A stretch of DNA of 63,869 bases, counting the filler, from Octopus bimaculoides (lineage: Eukaryota): assembly GCF_001194135.2 (NCBI RefSeq). It is 8 parts of 8 records of this genome, joined end to end, with 100 filler letters (N's around TTAATTAATTAA, not from the genome) between each part and the next. Parts side by side here need not be neighbours in the genome. Positions count along the whole stretch, not along the records: positions 24,532 to 32,279 come from NW_026417616.1; positions 32,380 to 40,372 come from NC_068983.1; 6 more parts are not named here. One strand, given 5' to 3'. The first letter of the stretch is position 1, and every line of letters begins with the position of its first letter. A model generated the notes under the pieces. The model had not been told where the DNA came from. It did no database searches and worked only from the letters and a program-made list of their open reading frames with translations. Below, piece by piece: positions 26,198-39,344 of this stretch. A program made the position numbers and the translations under genes.

Positions 26198-26572
26198 GNN
26201 NNNNNNNNNNNNNNNNNNNNNNNNNNNNNNNNNNNNNNNNNNNNNNNNNNNNNNNNNNNNNNNNNNNNNNNNNNNNNNNNNNNNNNNNNNNNNNNNNNNN
26301 NNNNNNNNNNNNNNNNNNNNNNNNNNNNNNNNNNNNNNNNNNNNNNNNNNNNNNNNNNNNNNNNNNNNNNNNNNNNNNNNNNNNNNNNNNNNNNNNNNNN
26401 NNNNNNNNNNNNNNNNNNNNNNNNNNNNNNNNNNNNNNNNNNNNNNNNNNNNNNNNNNNNNNNNNNNNNNNNNNNNNNNNNNNNNNNNNNNNNNNNNNNN
26501 NNNNNNNNNNNNNNNNNNNNNNNNNNNNNNNNNNNNNNNNNNNNNNNNNNNNNNNNNNNNNNNNNNNNNNNN

Positions 26573-27090
26573 TGTATGTATGTATAAATTTACGTATGTA
26601 CGTATTACGTACATACGTAATGTACTTAAGTACGTATGTATGTACGTAAGTAAGTACGTATGTACGTACGTACGTATGTACGTACGTACGTATGTACGTA
26701 CGTACGTAATGTACGTATGTACGTATGTACGTATCTATGTATGTATGTAGGTATGTACGTACGTACGTAAGTTATGTACGTATCTATTTATGTATGCATG
26801 TATGTATGTATGTATGTACTTATGTACGAATGTAGGTACGTACTTACGGACGTAATGTACGCATGTACGTATGTACGTATGTAGGTGTGTACGTATTTAC
26901 GTACGTAATGTATGTAGGTATGTGTGTATGTACGTATACACGTATGTACGTAGGTAATGTACGTATGTTTGTATGTATGTACGTATGGACGTATGTAGGT
27001 ATATACGTACGTACCAACGTTATATACGTATGTATGTACGTGTGTACGTATGTACGTACGTACGAAAGTACGTAATGTATGTATGTATCT
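26573..27090. repeat. Mixed (TACG)/(TATG) microsatellite (also 27525-27770)
   Basis: Direct. Confidence 0.9.
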
Positions 27091-27354
27091 CTCACGCCCT
27101 CTCTCTCTCTTTCCCTTTCTTTCTCTCTCTCTCTCACGCTCTCCCCCTCTCTCTCTCTCTCATGCTCTCTCTCTCACGCTCTCACTCTATTTTTCCCTTT
27201 CTCTCTCTCTCTCCCTCTTTCCCTCTGTCTCTCTCTCTCACTATCTCTCCCTCTGTCTCTGTATCTCATTCTCTCTCGCTCTCTGTCTCCCTCAGTCACT
27301 CTCTGTGAGGAATATGAATGGAATGTGATGAATGTAAAAGAAATGTGAGGAATG

Positions 27355-27525
27355 TTATCGATCTCTAATGCCTAACCGCTAACTAACGGGGACGATTCAT
27401 CGTTCTCTATTGCGGAACGCTAAGCTAAAGGGACATTTTATCCGAACGCCATTGCCGAATCGCTAAATTCCGGGGATATTTTATTGATCTTCATCGCCGA
27501 ACCGCTAAGTTATGGGGACATTTTA
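27355..27525. repeat. 4 x ~42-bp diverged tandem of a SINE-A tail segment
   Basis: Units resembling TTATCGATCTCT..TGCCGAACCGCTAAGTTACGGGGAC at ~27355, 27397, 27438 and 27481. Confidence 0.75.
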
Positions 27526-27779
27526 TGTATGTATGTACGTACGTACATACATACATACATATATGCATACATACATTACGTACATACGTTCTTATGTACG
27601 TACGTATGTACGTACGTATGTACGTACGTATGTACGTATGTACTTATGTACGGTAGTACGTAATGTATGTATGCATATATGTATGTATGTATGTACGTAT
27701 GTAAGTATGTACGTATGCACGTAAGTACGTAAGTAATGTACGAATGTACGTATGTATGTATGTATGTATGAAAGCATGC

Positions 27780-28803
27780 ATGTACAAACGGACGGACGGA
27801 TGTAAGTACCTACCTACGCACGTTCGTTCTTTCGTATATATACGTACGTACGTTCGAACAAACGGACAAACGTACGTTCGTTCTTTCGTATATATACGTA
27901 CGTACGTTCGAACAAACGGACGGACGTACGTACCTACCTACGTACGTTCGTTCTTTCGTATATATACGTACGTACGTTCGAACAAACGGACAGACGTACG
28001 TACCTACGTACGTACCTACGTACGTACCTACGTACGTACCTACGTACGTACCTACGTACGTACGTTCGTTCTTTCGTATATATACGTACGTACGTTCGAA
28101 CAAACGGAAGGAAGTACGTACTTACCTACGTACGTTCGTTCTTTCGTATATATAAGTACGTTCGTTCTACGTACGTTCGTTCTACGCACGTTCGTTCTAC
28201 GCACGTTCGTTCTACGCACGTTCGTTCTACGCACGTTCGTTCTACGCACGTTCGTTCTACGCACGTTCGTTCTACGCACGTTCGTTCTACGCACGTTCGT
28301 TCTACGCACGTTCGTTCTACGCACGTTCGTTCTTTCGTATATATATACCTACATATGTTCGAACAAACGGACGGACGTACGTACCTACCTAGGTACGTTC
28401 GTTCTTTCGTATATATACGTAGGTAGGTTCGAACAAACGGACGGACGTACGTACATGCCTACGTACGTTTGTTCTTTCGTATATATACGTACGTACGTTC
28501 ATTCTTTCGTATATATACGTACGTTCGAACAAACGGACGGACGTACGTACGTACCTACGTACGTTTGTTCTTTCGTATATATACGTACGTACGTTCGAAC
28601 AAACTGACGGACATACGTACCTACGTACGTACGTTCGTTCTTTCGTGTATAAACGTACGGATGTTCGAACAAACGGACGGACGTAAGTAGCTACCTACGT
28701 ACGTTAGTTCTATCGTATATATACGTAAGTAGTTCGTTCTACGTACGTTCATTCTACGTACGTTCGTTCTACGTACGTTCGTTCTGCGCACGTTCGTTCT
28801 TTC

Positions 28804-28835
<32 letters not shown>

Positions 28836-31800
28836 GTACGTATGTTCGAACAAACGGACGGACGTACGTACCTACCCACGAACGTTCGTTCTTTCGTATA
28901 TATACGTACGTACGTTCGAACAAACGGACGGACGTACGTACCTACCTACGAACGTTCGTTCTTTCGTATATACACGTACGTACGTTCGAACAAACGGACG
29001 GACGTACGTACCTACCTACGAACGTTCGTTCTTTCGTACATATACGTACGTACGTTCGAACAAACGGATGGACGTACGTACCTACCTATGTACGTTCGTT
29101 CTTTCGTATATATAAGTAAGTACGTTCGTTCTACGTACGTTCGTTCAACGTACGTTCGTTCTACGTACGTTCGTTCCACGTACGTTCGTTCTATGTACGT
29201 TGGTTCTACGGACGTTGGTTCTACGTACGTTCGTTCTTTCGTATATATACGTACGTACGTTCGAACAAACGGACGGACGTACGTACGTACCTACTTACGT
29301 TCGTTCTTTCGTATATATACGTACGTATGTTCGAACAAACGGACGGACTTACGTACCTGCCTACGTCGTTCGTTCTATCGTATATATACTTACGTACGAT
29401 CGAACAAACGGACGGACATACGAACCTACGTACGTACGTACGTACGTTCTTTCGTATATATATACGTACGTACATTCGAACAAAGGGACGGACGTACGTA
29501 CCTACCTACGTACGTTCGTTATTTCGTATATATACGTAAGTACGATCGTTCTACGTACGTTCGTTCTACGTACGTTCGTTTTACGTATGTTCGTTCCACG
29601 TACGTTCGTTCTACGTACGTTCGTTCTACGTACGTTCGTTCTACGTACGTTTTTTCTAAGTACGTTCGTTCTACGTACGTCGTTTTAAGTATGTTCGTTC
29701 TACGTACGTTCGTTCAATGTACGTTCATTCTACGTACGTTCGTTCTACGCCCGTTCGTTCTTTCGTATATATACGAACGTACGTTCGAACAAACGTACGG
29801 ACGTATGTACCTACCTACGTACGTTCATTCTTTCGTATATATACGTACGTAAATTCGAAGAAACGGACGGACGTACCTACCTACGTACGTTCGCTATTTC
29901 GAATTTATACGTAAGTATGTTCGTTCTACGTATGTTCGGTCTACGTACGTTCGTTCTACGTACGTTCGTTCTACGTACATTCGTTCTACGTACGTTTTTC
30001 TACGTACATTCGTTTTACCACACGTTCGTTCTACCTACGTTCTTTCTACGTTCGTTCTAAGTACGTTCGTTCTACATATTTCGTTCTACGAACGTTCGTT
30101 CTACGTACGTTCGTTCTACGTAGTTCGTTCTACGTACGTTCGTTCAACGTATGTTCGTTCTACATAGTACGTTCTACGTAGTTCGTTCTACGTATATTCG
30201 TTCTACGTAGTTCATTCTACGTACGTTCGTTCTACGTACGTTCGCCCTAAAGAACGTTCGTTCTACGTATGTTCGTTCTATATACGTTCGTTCATTCGTA
30301 TATATACGTACGTATGTTCCAACAAACGGACGGACGTACGTACCTAACTATGTTCTGTGTTTCGTATATATACGTAAGTACGTTCGTTCTACGTACGTTC
30401 GTTCTACGTACGTTCGTTCTACGTACGTTCGTTCTACGTACGTTCGTTTTACGTACGTTCGTTCCACGTACGTTCGTTCTGCGTACGTTCGTTCTACGTA
30501 CGCTCGTTCTATGTACGTTTTTTATAAGTACGTTCATTCTTTCGTATATATAGGTACGTATGTTCGAACAAACGGACGGACGTACGTACCTACCTACGTA
30601 CGTTCGTTCTTTCGTATATATAGGTACGTACGTTGGAACAAACGGACAAACGTCCGTACCCACCTAAGTACGTTCGTTGTTTCTTGTATATACCTACGTT
30701 CGAACACACGGACGGATGTACATACATACCTACGTACGTTCCTTCTTTCGTTTATATACGTACGTACGTTCAAACGTACGGACGGTCAGACGGACGTACC
30801 AACCTACGTATGTTCGTTCTTTCGTATATATAAGTATGTTTGTTCTACGTACGTTCGTTCTATGTACGTTCGTTCTACGTACGTTCGTTCTAAGTACGTT
30901 CGTTCTACGTACGTTCTTTCTACGTACTTTCGTTCTACGTACGTTCTTTCTACGTACGTTTGTTCTACGCACGTTCGTTCTTTCGTATATATATACGTAC
31001 GTATGTTCGCACAAACGGACGGACGTACATACCTACCTACGTACGTTCGTTCTTTCGTATATATACGTAAGTACATTGGAAGAAACGAACGGACGTACGT
31101 ATCTACCTACGAACGTTTGTTGTTTCGTATATATACGTACGTACGTTCGAACAAACGGACAGATGTATATACCTACCTACGTACGTTCGTTCTTTCGTTT
31201 ATATACGTACGTACGTTCTACGTAGTTCGTTCTACGTACGTTCGTTCTACGTACGTTCGTTCTACGTACGTTCGTTCTACGTACGTTCGTTCTACGTACG
31301 TTCGTTCTACGTACGTTTGTTCTACGTACGTTCTTGCTAAGATCTTTCGTTCTACGTACGTTCGTTCTACGTACGTTCGTTCTACGTACGTTCGTTCTAC
31401 GTACGTTCGTTCTACGTACGTTCGTTCTACGTACGTTCGTTCTACGTACGTTCNNNNNNNNNNCGTTCGTTCTACGTACGTTCGTTCTACGTACGTTCGT
31501 TCTACGTACGTTCGTTCTACGTACGTTCGTTCTTTCGTATATATACGGATGTACATTCGAACAAACGTACCTACCTACGTACGTTCTTTCTACGTACGTT
31601 TGTTCTACGTACGTTCGTTCTACGTAGTTCGTTCTACGTAGTTCGTTCTACGTAGTNNNNNNNNNNNNNNNNNNNNNNNNNNNNNNNNNNNNNNNNNNNN
31701 NNNNNNNNNNNNNNNNNNNNNNNNNNNNNNNNNNNNNNNNNNNNNNNNNNNNNNNNNNNNNNNNNNNNNNNNNNNNNNNNNNNNNNNNNNNNNNNNNNNN

Positions 31801-32279
31801 NNNNNNNNNNNNNNNNNNNNNNNNNNNNNNNNNNNNNNNNNNNNNNNNNNNNNNNNNNNNNNNNNNNNNNNNNNNNNNNNNNNNNNNNNNNNNNNNNNNN
31901 NNNNNNNNNNNNNNNNNNNNNNNNNNNNNNNNNNNNNNNTGTTCTACGTACGTTCGTTCTACGTAGTTCGTTCTACGTAGTTCGTTCTACGTAGTTCGTT
32001 TAACGAACAGTCGTTCTACAAACGTTCGTTCTATGTATGTTCGTTCTACGTACGTTCGTTCTACGTACGTTTGTTCTACGTACGTTCGTTCTACGTACGT
32101 TCGTTCTACGTAGTTCGTTCTACGTAGTTCGTTCTACGTAGGTTCTTTCTACGTACGTTCGTTCTACTCACGTTCGTTCTACTCACGTTCGTTCTTTCGT
32201 GTATATAAGTAAGTACGTTTGTTCTACGTATTTTCGTTCTTCGTAGTTCTTTATACGTACGTTGATTCTACGTACGTTC
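27780..32279. repeat. CpG-rich higher-order satellite: 70-bp unit A interleaved with arrays of 15-bp unit B
   Basis: A = TTCGTTCTTTCGTATATATACGTACGTACGTTCGAACAAACGGACGGACGTACGTACCTACCTACGTACG (period seen 27877 to 27947); B = TTCGTTCTACGTACG; continues across gaps. Confidence 0.95.
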
Positions 32280-32477
32280 NNNNNNNNNNNNNNNNNNNNN
32301 NNNNNNNNNNNNNNNNNNNNNNNTTAATTAATTAANNNNNNNNNNNNNNNNNNNNNNNNNNNNNNNNNNNNNNNNNNNNGAAGAAGAAGAAGAAGAAGAA
32401 GAAGAAGAAGAAGAAGAAGAAGAAGAAGAAGAAGAAGAAGAAGAAGATTTCAAACAGTACACCGAATCGCTTGTCCA

Positions 32478-33224
32478 ATGGTTATTCTGAAAGTGCGACT
32501 GCCAGGAGGCTGTCAGCCTGACGGCGAAAAAATTTCAAATGGCAGAGTATCTTCCCAGAATACGAACCTGAAAGGTCACTTAAACGGGATTTGTCCCAAA
32601 TTAAGCCCCCAAAGTTCACCACCACAACGACCACAAAATCAAAAATGTAAAAGAACTAAATGGAACCGGGAAGAATATAAAGAACTAATATACGCTTATT
32701 ACTTTGCATTAAGTAGGCCAACCCAAGAGAAACACACCGCAAACTCCAACAGAATTTGGAGGAGTCGGAATCCAGTTAGCAGACCAAATCTAGACGAAAA
32801 CAGATTAGCAAATGTTAGAAGAGATATCCTCAGAAATACCAGACTCACAGATGCAGAATTGACCTCTATTAAAAAAGCGGTAGAGAATGACCTAAATATA
32901 AGTCAGGAAAGAAATAATGAAGCAAAGGAGAGGAACGTTGGACCACAAGCATTGACTGAAAGGCGACCAACTGCCGAAACCACTCAAGAGCCTGAAGAAA
33001 AAGGAAAATATAATGACCCTAGGGAAAACAGCCAGGAAAATGATGTCGAAACAGAATTTGAAGACCACATATTTGCCGAACAACACAGAAAATCTATCAC
33101 TGAAATGAAGCAGGAAGTTCTGAATGAGCTTGCAGTTGTTGGACATACAAATATGAATGATAGGGAACCACTCCATAAACACTCAAATACACACAAACAT
33201 AAGCAACATCCATTCATGAATTAG
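32478..33224 (+). mobile_element. N-terminal ORF (248 aa) of an R4/Dong-like non-LTR retrotransposon, truncated
   Basis: RTKWNREEYKELIYAYYFA...RIWRSRNP...LDENRLANVRRDILRNTRLTDAELTSIK resembles the N-terminal domain of R4/Dong ORFs; follows a (GAA)n run. Confidence 0.7.
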
Positions 33225-33264
33225 TTTTTCTTTTGTTTTTTTTTTACATACATATTATACCTGT

Positions 33265-33369
33265 GAATTTGTGTGTGTGTAAACTGGGAATGAGCTTCTC
33301 CGCCCTGGGTGTACGGAAAACACTCGGCGAGAAATGGAAGAAAATTTGAAGAAAGAAGAAAAAAACAAC

Positions 33370-33370
<1 letters not shown>
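33265..33370 (+). mobile_element. Probable retrotransposon 3' UTR ending in (TAA)n
   Basis: GAGCTTCTCCGCCCTGGGTGTACGGAAAACACTCGGCGAGAAATGGAAGAAAATTTGAAGAAAGAAG directly followed by (TAA)n. Confidence 0.4.
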
Positions 33371-33428
<58 letters not shown>

Positions 33429-33437
33429 TAATATTCA

Positions 33438-33660
33438 GATAAATACATAACAAAAACACCAGGACTTACAAATATATATAGCATACAGAAAATTGCACTA
33501 CTGGGTACTGCACACATTCTACGCAAAACACTTTCAATACAGTAACCATAAAAGCATCACAGCAAACCACAGCACATATCCAAGGCACACAGAGCTGCGC
33601 TCGGTACTGAAGTGAAAGCACGTTATAAAAATAAAACTACTGAACAATAATAATAACAAT
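33438..33660 (+). mobile_element. 3' end of an R4/Dong-like element (endonuclease C-terminus + UTR) within a (TAA)n tract
   Basis: DKYITKTPGLTNIYSIQKIALLGTAHILRKTLSIQ* (stop 33543-33545), then a UTR ending in AATAATAAT. Confidence 0.8.
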
Positions 33661-34517
33661 AATAACGATTGATTCCAACATAGTCAAACATCTAAGTAGT
33701 ACTGGAAGAAGGCCACAATTTTTTTTTCTTGAGTTGTTTATATTAACTAGGTATCTGACTGGTACTTCATTTTATCGACCACTGAAAGATGAAGAAAACA
33801 AAGATTTATTGTCCAAACGAACTCACTGCATTGATAACAATGTGAAGATGCAAAACTAATCAACGAGTGATTGCATTCATTAAAAATGGGAAAAAATGGG
33901 AAATTGGTTTGGTAATAATAAAACGGGCTGAATATTGAATGAAAACGGTAAAGAACCAGAATAAGAGAACAAGTTAGAATCCCCAAATAAAGAAATAATA
34001 CTAATACTAATACAACAACAAGAATAATAACAACAAGAATAATAAAAATATAATATCGTAAACTGTTCGCAACAAAAGAACTTAAATTGTTCTGACGTGT
34101 CAAATAGTAATTGTGTTTGGTTTTCCTGTGTTTTCCTTGAGGGAATTTTCATATAAAGGAAATGAAGGATTTTGCGAGAAATTATATTTACGTTTTTTGT
34201 TGGATGATTGGAGTTGGCACCCAAAATCTTCGAAAGGGTAATTTCATCTTTTTTTTTTTTTTTTTTTTTTTTTCTGATATGCTCTCATCTGCAAATATCA
34301 GTGACGATTGAATGGGTTTATCTGTTTTAATTTTTTCCTATTAGATACGGAAACTTTCAGCTTGGATGCACCACAATTAGAAACTTTGCATTGTTAACTT
34401 TGAAACACTCGAGGCTAGGTTAGGCTACGCCACGCATTTACTCTCTGACTCTGTCTCTCTGCTTGTTAGTGTATATAAGCATATATATGCGTGTATCTCT
34501 GCGTCGATGTATGTCTG

Positions 34518-34548
<31 letters not shown>

Positions 34549-35152
34549 NNNNNNNNNNNNNNNNNNNNNNNNNNNNNNNNNNNNNNNNNNNNNNNNNNNN
34601 NNNNNNNNNNNNNNNNNNNNNNNNNNNNNNNNNNNNNNNNNNNNNNNNNNNNNNNNNNNNNNNNNNNNNNNNNNNNNNNNNNNNNNNNNNNNNNNNNNNN
34701 NNNNNNNNNNNNNNNNNNNNNNNNNNNNNNNNNNNNNNNNNNNNNNNNNNNNNNNNNNNNNNNNNNNNNNNNNNNNNNNNNNNNNNNNNNNNNNNNNNNN
34801 NNNNNNNNNNNNNNNNNNNNNNNNNNNNNNNNNNNNNNNNNNNNNNNNNNNNNNNNNNNNNNNNNNNNNNNNNNNNNNNNNNNNNNNNNNNNNNNNNNNN
34901 NNNNNNNNNNNNNNNNNNNNNNNNNNNNNNNNNNNNNNNNNNNNNNNNNNNNNNNNNNNNNNNNNNNNNNNNNNNNNNNNNNNNNNNNNNNNNNNNNNNN
35001 NNNNNNNNNNNNNNNNNNNNNNNNNNNNNNNNNNNNNNNNNNNNNNNNNNNNNNNNNNNNNNNNNNNNNNNNNNNNNNNNNNNNNNNNNNNNNNNNNNNN
35101 NNNNNNNNNNNNNNNNNNNNNNNNNATATATATATATTAAGTGTGTGAATAT

Positions 35153-35360
35153 ATGCGAGGTCTGATCAACAAGTACTCGGACTGTTGGCATAGTAATGAA
35201 ACCAAAGCACGCAGAGTGAAGCTTCACAAAGACTGACTTTGAACTCTGGTGTGCACTAAGTTTTAACGTTCTAGCTCACAGTTACAGCAGTGCTTGGAAG
35301 GAAGGTGTGTAGCGTGTGATCGTCATATAGACCATGACAGAGGAAGTTGTCAAGTCGATA
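35153..35360 (+). mobile_element. Mariner-like element 5' end (TIR + UTR)
   Basis: CGAGGTCTGATCAACAAGTACTCGGACT resembles mariner TIRs; no transposase ORF retained. Confidence 0.6.
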
Positions 35361-36926
35361 CCTGCTCAAAAGCCTGCGCAAAGTTGCAGGTAATGTCTGG
35401 AGAGGAGTCTACTTAGGGACCACTAACAAAACGACATCACAAAGATTACGATCCTATTTCAAGTTAGCTTGTATTTCAGCTCTCAATAATCAGTCAGCTC
35501 TCTCATCCTGAACTTTCAGCAATTATATCGCGTGTGTAAGAACAACAGCTGCAATTATTGTAGTTTTTGGAAGGGGCCTCATTAAATGCTAGGACGTTAA
35601 GAAAACTCGAGTGTTTTTAATGAAGTGCACTGGGGCATGTGTATCCCTTAGCAGCAAAATCTGATGCGTACATCAGTCTCTGTTACAAAGGAACGTTTTA
35701 CATTAAGCTTAAAATGAAAATTTTAACTGATGGTTTATAGTGACGAGTTTAGTACCTTACTCAATGTTCCGTTGATCGAAAGCTTTGGTAACAGAGGATT
35801 GTTCACATTTTTCAGACAGAGCTACGACCCAAACAGCATCAAATACTTAGTACTAATTGGTAAGAAATGACTTGCCAATGTACTTCAATCACAAGCTCAC
35901 TGACCTGTAGCTTCTTTACTTTTTTTTTCTTTTTCCAATACAATTACGATGAAGAACACGTACTATTCGCTCAAGCTCACACATCCACCTCCTACCATTT
36001 TCCTCATGTCCCCATACTGTCTATCACATTCCAACCACTAGATTAAACGTCTTAGCTCATCATTTCTCTTTGGATACTGAAGTCTGTTAATTACTCTCCA
36101 CCCACATTTTACTCCTAATGAATACATGAATACAGAGTTTAACTTGTAAAATGGGATTTCTATTTCCGCGTATTCTTATTGACATATATTTCTATTGTCG
36201 TTAATGTTTCATGTATATTCATATGCATCCACATTTAGTTTAATTACATAGATATATAAAAGTGCGTTCTATGTTTAGTCCAAAATTTACCTACAAAATA
36301 TTAATTGATAATTGAATTCATGGAAAAATAGTTAATGTTCTTAGTTTAAGCTGTTTTCTAGAACAAATAAGATATTGATTTTGCAAAGCTGGTTCCGTTT
36401 TATGAGAAAGTTTACACCGATAAAAGATTAAATAAATAAATAGAAAAGGACTTGGCTCTGTTAATTCTACAACAATGAACTTTAATTGATAATATCTCTC
36501 TGCGAATGGAGTGGTCTGGTAGACACAGTGGATACTTGACTAAATGTGTATTTCTTTGTTTTGTCCTGTGTTCAAATCCCATTAGATTTAATTTATGAGT
36601 TCAGTAAATTATGCACCAGCTAAATACAGCGAGTCAATTCGGCTGTGTTAACCTCCAGAAAGTAAACGTGAGAAAGTATTATAAATAAATGTGCGACAGC
36701 ATTTATTTATATCATAATATACATATTGTGCATTTTATTTTAATGGACGAGTCTGAATTCTGCATATAAGTAACTGCTTGTCTATGTAATTTCTTAATAG
36801 GGAGTGCTACTGTGTAATAAGAAGTCCAGGTGAACCGATCTTTGACTGATGCAAGAGCTCGTAGGTTCCAGAACGTTAAAATACCGTTTAATTACATTTT
36901 GTATTTATTGTTATTCTACCAGTTAA

Positions 36927-37122
36927 GGCGACGAGCTTGCAGAATCGTTAGCACGATGAATAAAATGCTTGTCGGCATTTCGTCTGTCTTTACTTTAAGG
37001 TTGCTTTTGCTTTTCAACTTATGTCGATGACATAAGCACCAGTTGCTCACTGGTGTCGATATAATTGATTAGTCTCCTTCCCAAACCAAAACTTCAGACC
37101 TTTTGCCTATGGTAGAAAAGAC
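36927..37122 (+). mobile_element. SINE family C
   Basis: GGCGACGAGCTTGCAGAATCGTTAGCACG head. Confidence 0.75.
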
Positions 37123-37554
37123 TCTCATTCTACCAACTAAAATGACACTTAGCAGCAAAATTACATTTCATTTTATCCGCCCAGGATTATTAAAATGCAT
37201 ACCAGACATCTCCCAGGGTAAACTTTTACTGGTTTCAATTCTCACTCGCAATGTGTGTCTCATACTGATGTTATAATTCATTAAATCAAATGAAAACGTG
37301 AATCGATGGCAGACCCAATAGAGTATCTCACTCAATGTTCTACAATTTCTAGTTATGGGCCACGTGTTTTGTATTCAAGACATATTGACCTTGACACTCC
37401 ATTTATCTGGTCAAAATAAGTGCCTATAACTATTTACAGTTGATTTTGTTGACCCTAACTCTTCTCTGTGTATGAACCCCGTAGGAAACTAAGAAACTGG
37501 TATTATAACAAGTAAGACAGGATATTCAGTGGCATTATTTCGTTCCGATTATAG

Positions 37555-37980
37555 GACGACGAGCAGACAGAATCATTAATGCGTATAGCAGCATTTTGTC
37601 CGTTTTAACTTTGAGTTCAAATTCCGCTGAGATTGAGTTTGCCTTTTATCTTTTCGGGAATCGATAAAATGAGTACTAGTTGATCACTGGGGTCGATTTA
37701 ATCGATATACTTCCTCACCTCCACCCATCCACATCCTTCTAATTTACTTGCCTAGTGCTAAAATTTGAAACCATTATTTCGTTTCGATTCAAGCGTGATG
37801 AGTTGGCAAAATTGTTGGCATAATGGGCTTTTTGTTCGTCTTTACCTTCCCGAGTTCAAATTCCGCCGAGGTCGACTTCACCCTTCATCCATTCGGGATC
37901 GATGTAATCGATTCGAGTAGTCTTCTCTCTTTCTCCCACCAAAATTCCAGGCCGTGTGCCTATAGTGAAAAAGGATTCTT
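37555..37980 (+). mobile_element. Two tandem degenerate SINE family C copies
   Basis: GAGTTCAAATTCCGC[T/C]GAG at 37613 and 37852, each with the family body. Confidence 0.75.
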
Positions 37981-39287
37981 TGCTTTGTAGCCTTAAACTC
38001 TTCAGATTTATTCTATCTAGAATCGATAAAATAAATCACGTTCGAGTTAAATAAATATATCCATCTACAAAAAAACAATTCCTTTTCCGAAAATAAAACG
38101 AAGTATTATTAGACATTCATTTCAAAATAAGGTAGAAGAGAAAATGTATGAAATGTGGAGAAGGTTCATGGGGTATCCATTTACGGTATTTTATATTCAA
38201 GTGTGGATTTGCGTTATTCGTTTGCTGTAGAGGTGATTAGACCATACATCAGACAACTATTGGAGATTGTTTAATTAAATGAGCGCTGAACTACAGTCGC
38301 TCTTTAACAAATAAGCTTGTATAAATATAACAAAAATATATTGCAATTATGTTCCAAAGACTCCTTTTTATATCTCTATTTTTTTTCTTTTTTTAAAGAA
38401 GCTTATCTATTCAACTGAGTTTTGAGAGAATTGGAAAAATTAGTGTTAATAATTATCTTGTGTGTAGTTGTGATCACTCTCCGTTACTGTTTAGAATCTT
38501 GTAACGCTATAATGCATTCAGAGGCATACATTCGTTTATATATATATATATATACATATATGTATGTGCATACAGACACATATGTGTATGTACTATGTTT
38601 TGTGTGCTTGTATTCAACATGATAATGCGTGTTAGCAATATTTTTTAATGCGTGCTAATATGGGAGCGCTAATTACAGACAGCCCTTCCATACTTAATAA
38701 ACATTTTTGATTTGTTTTTGTAGATTTAAATCTGTATATATTATTTTTTCTTTTTTTTTTCCCCCCTAAATTAAAAACCCCTTTAATCGTTTTAGAGAAA
38801 GCAAATATAAAGACGAATAAGAGATTAAGTCTAATTAGGATGCATAATTCGATGGATAATACTTAAATGCACTAAAGTAAATTCTAAACAAAATCAATAC
38901 TGAAAAACACATGAAAGTAGAAAAAACAACCAGTTATCGTAGTGGATATTGATAGTCTATTATTTCAAGGCAAGTCTGGGACAACTTAATATAAGCATTT
39001 TATAGTCTTAAACTCATCAACAGTATATTCTCTTATCTGCGTCTCCGTACGTACGTGTTTACATGATATATAAACACGTACATGTATTTAATGTAACCAT
39101 GAATTTGTGCATGTATATATTACATGCATATGTGGACACTCATCATATTTTGTGTCAGTGCTATGTTTAGACATATATGCGTACGTGTGCTTTTTTGCGT
39201 GTTTTATGTAAACATCGATGTTTGCATAAAAATATCTTTGCACTCCTCTGTACATCATTGTAGAAAACATACACATATATATGTAGG

Positions 39288-39344
<57 letters not shown>

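Noticed and set aside
27744-31641. Long ORFs (287, 336 and 376 aa) rich in Y/V/R/T
   Set aside because: They are translations of the TACG satellite, which is poor in stop codons; open in several frames and on both strands
26573-32279. Idea that TACG arose from TACA by ADAR hyper-editing and retro-insertion
   Set aside because: ADAR prefers a 5' U neighbour, which would convert UACA to UGCA rather than UACG; tandem amplification explains the pattern more simply
8856-35227. ORFs of 150-320 aa spanning N runs, and poly-H/P/M/I/C-V ORFs
   Set aside because: Gap or microsatellite artefacts
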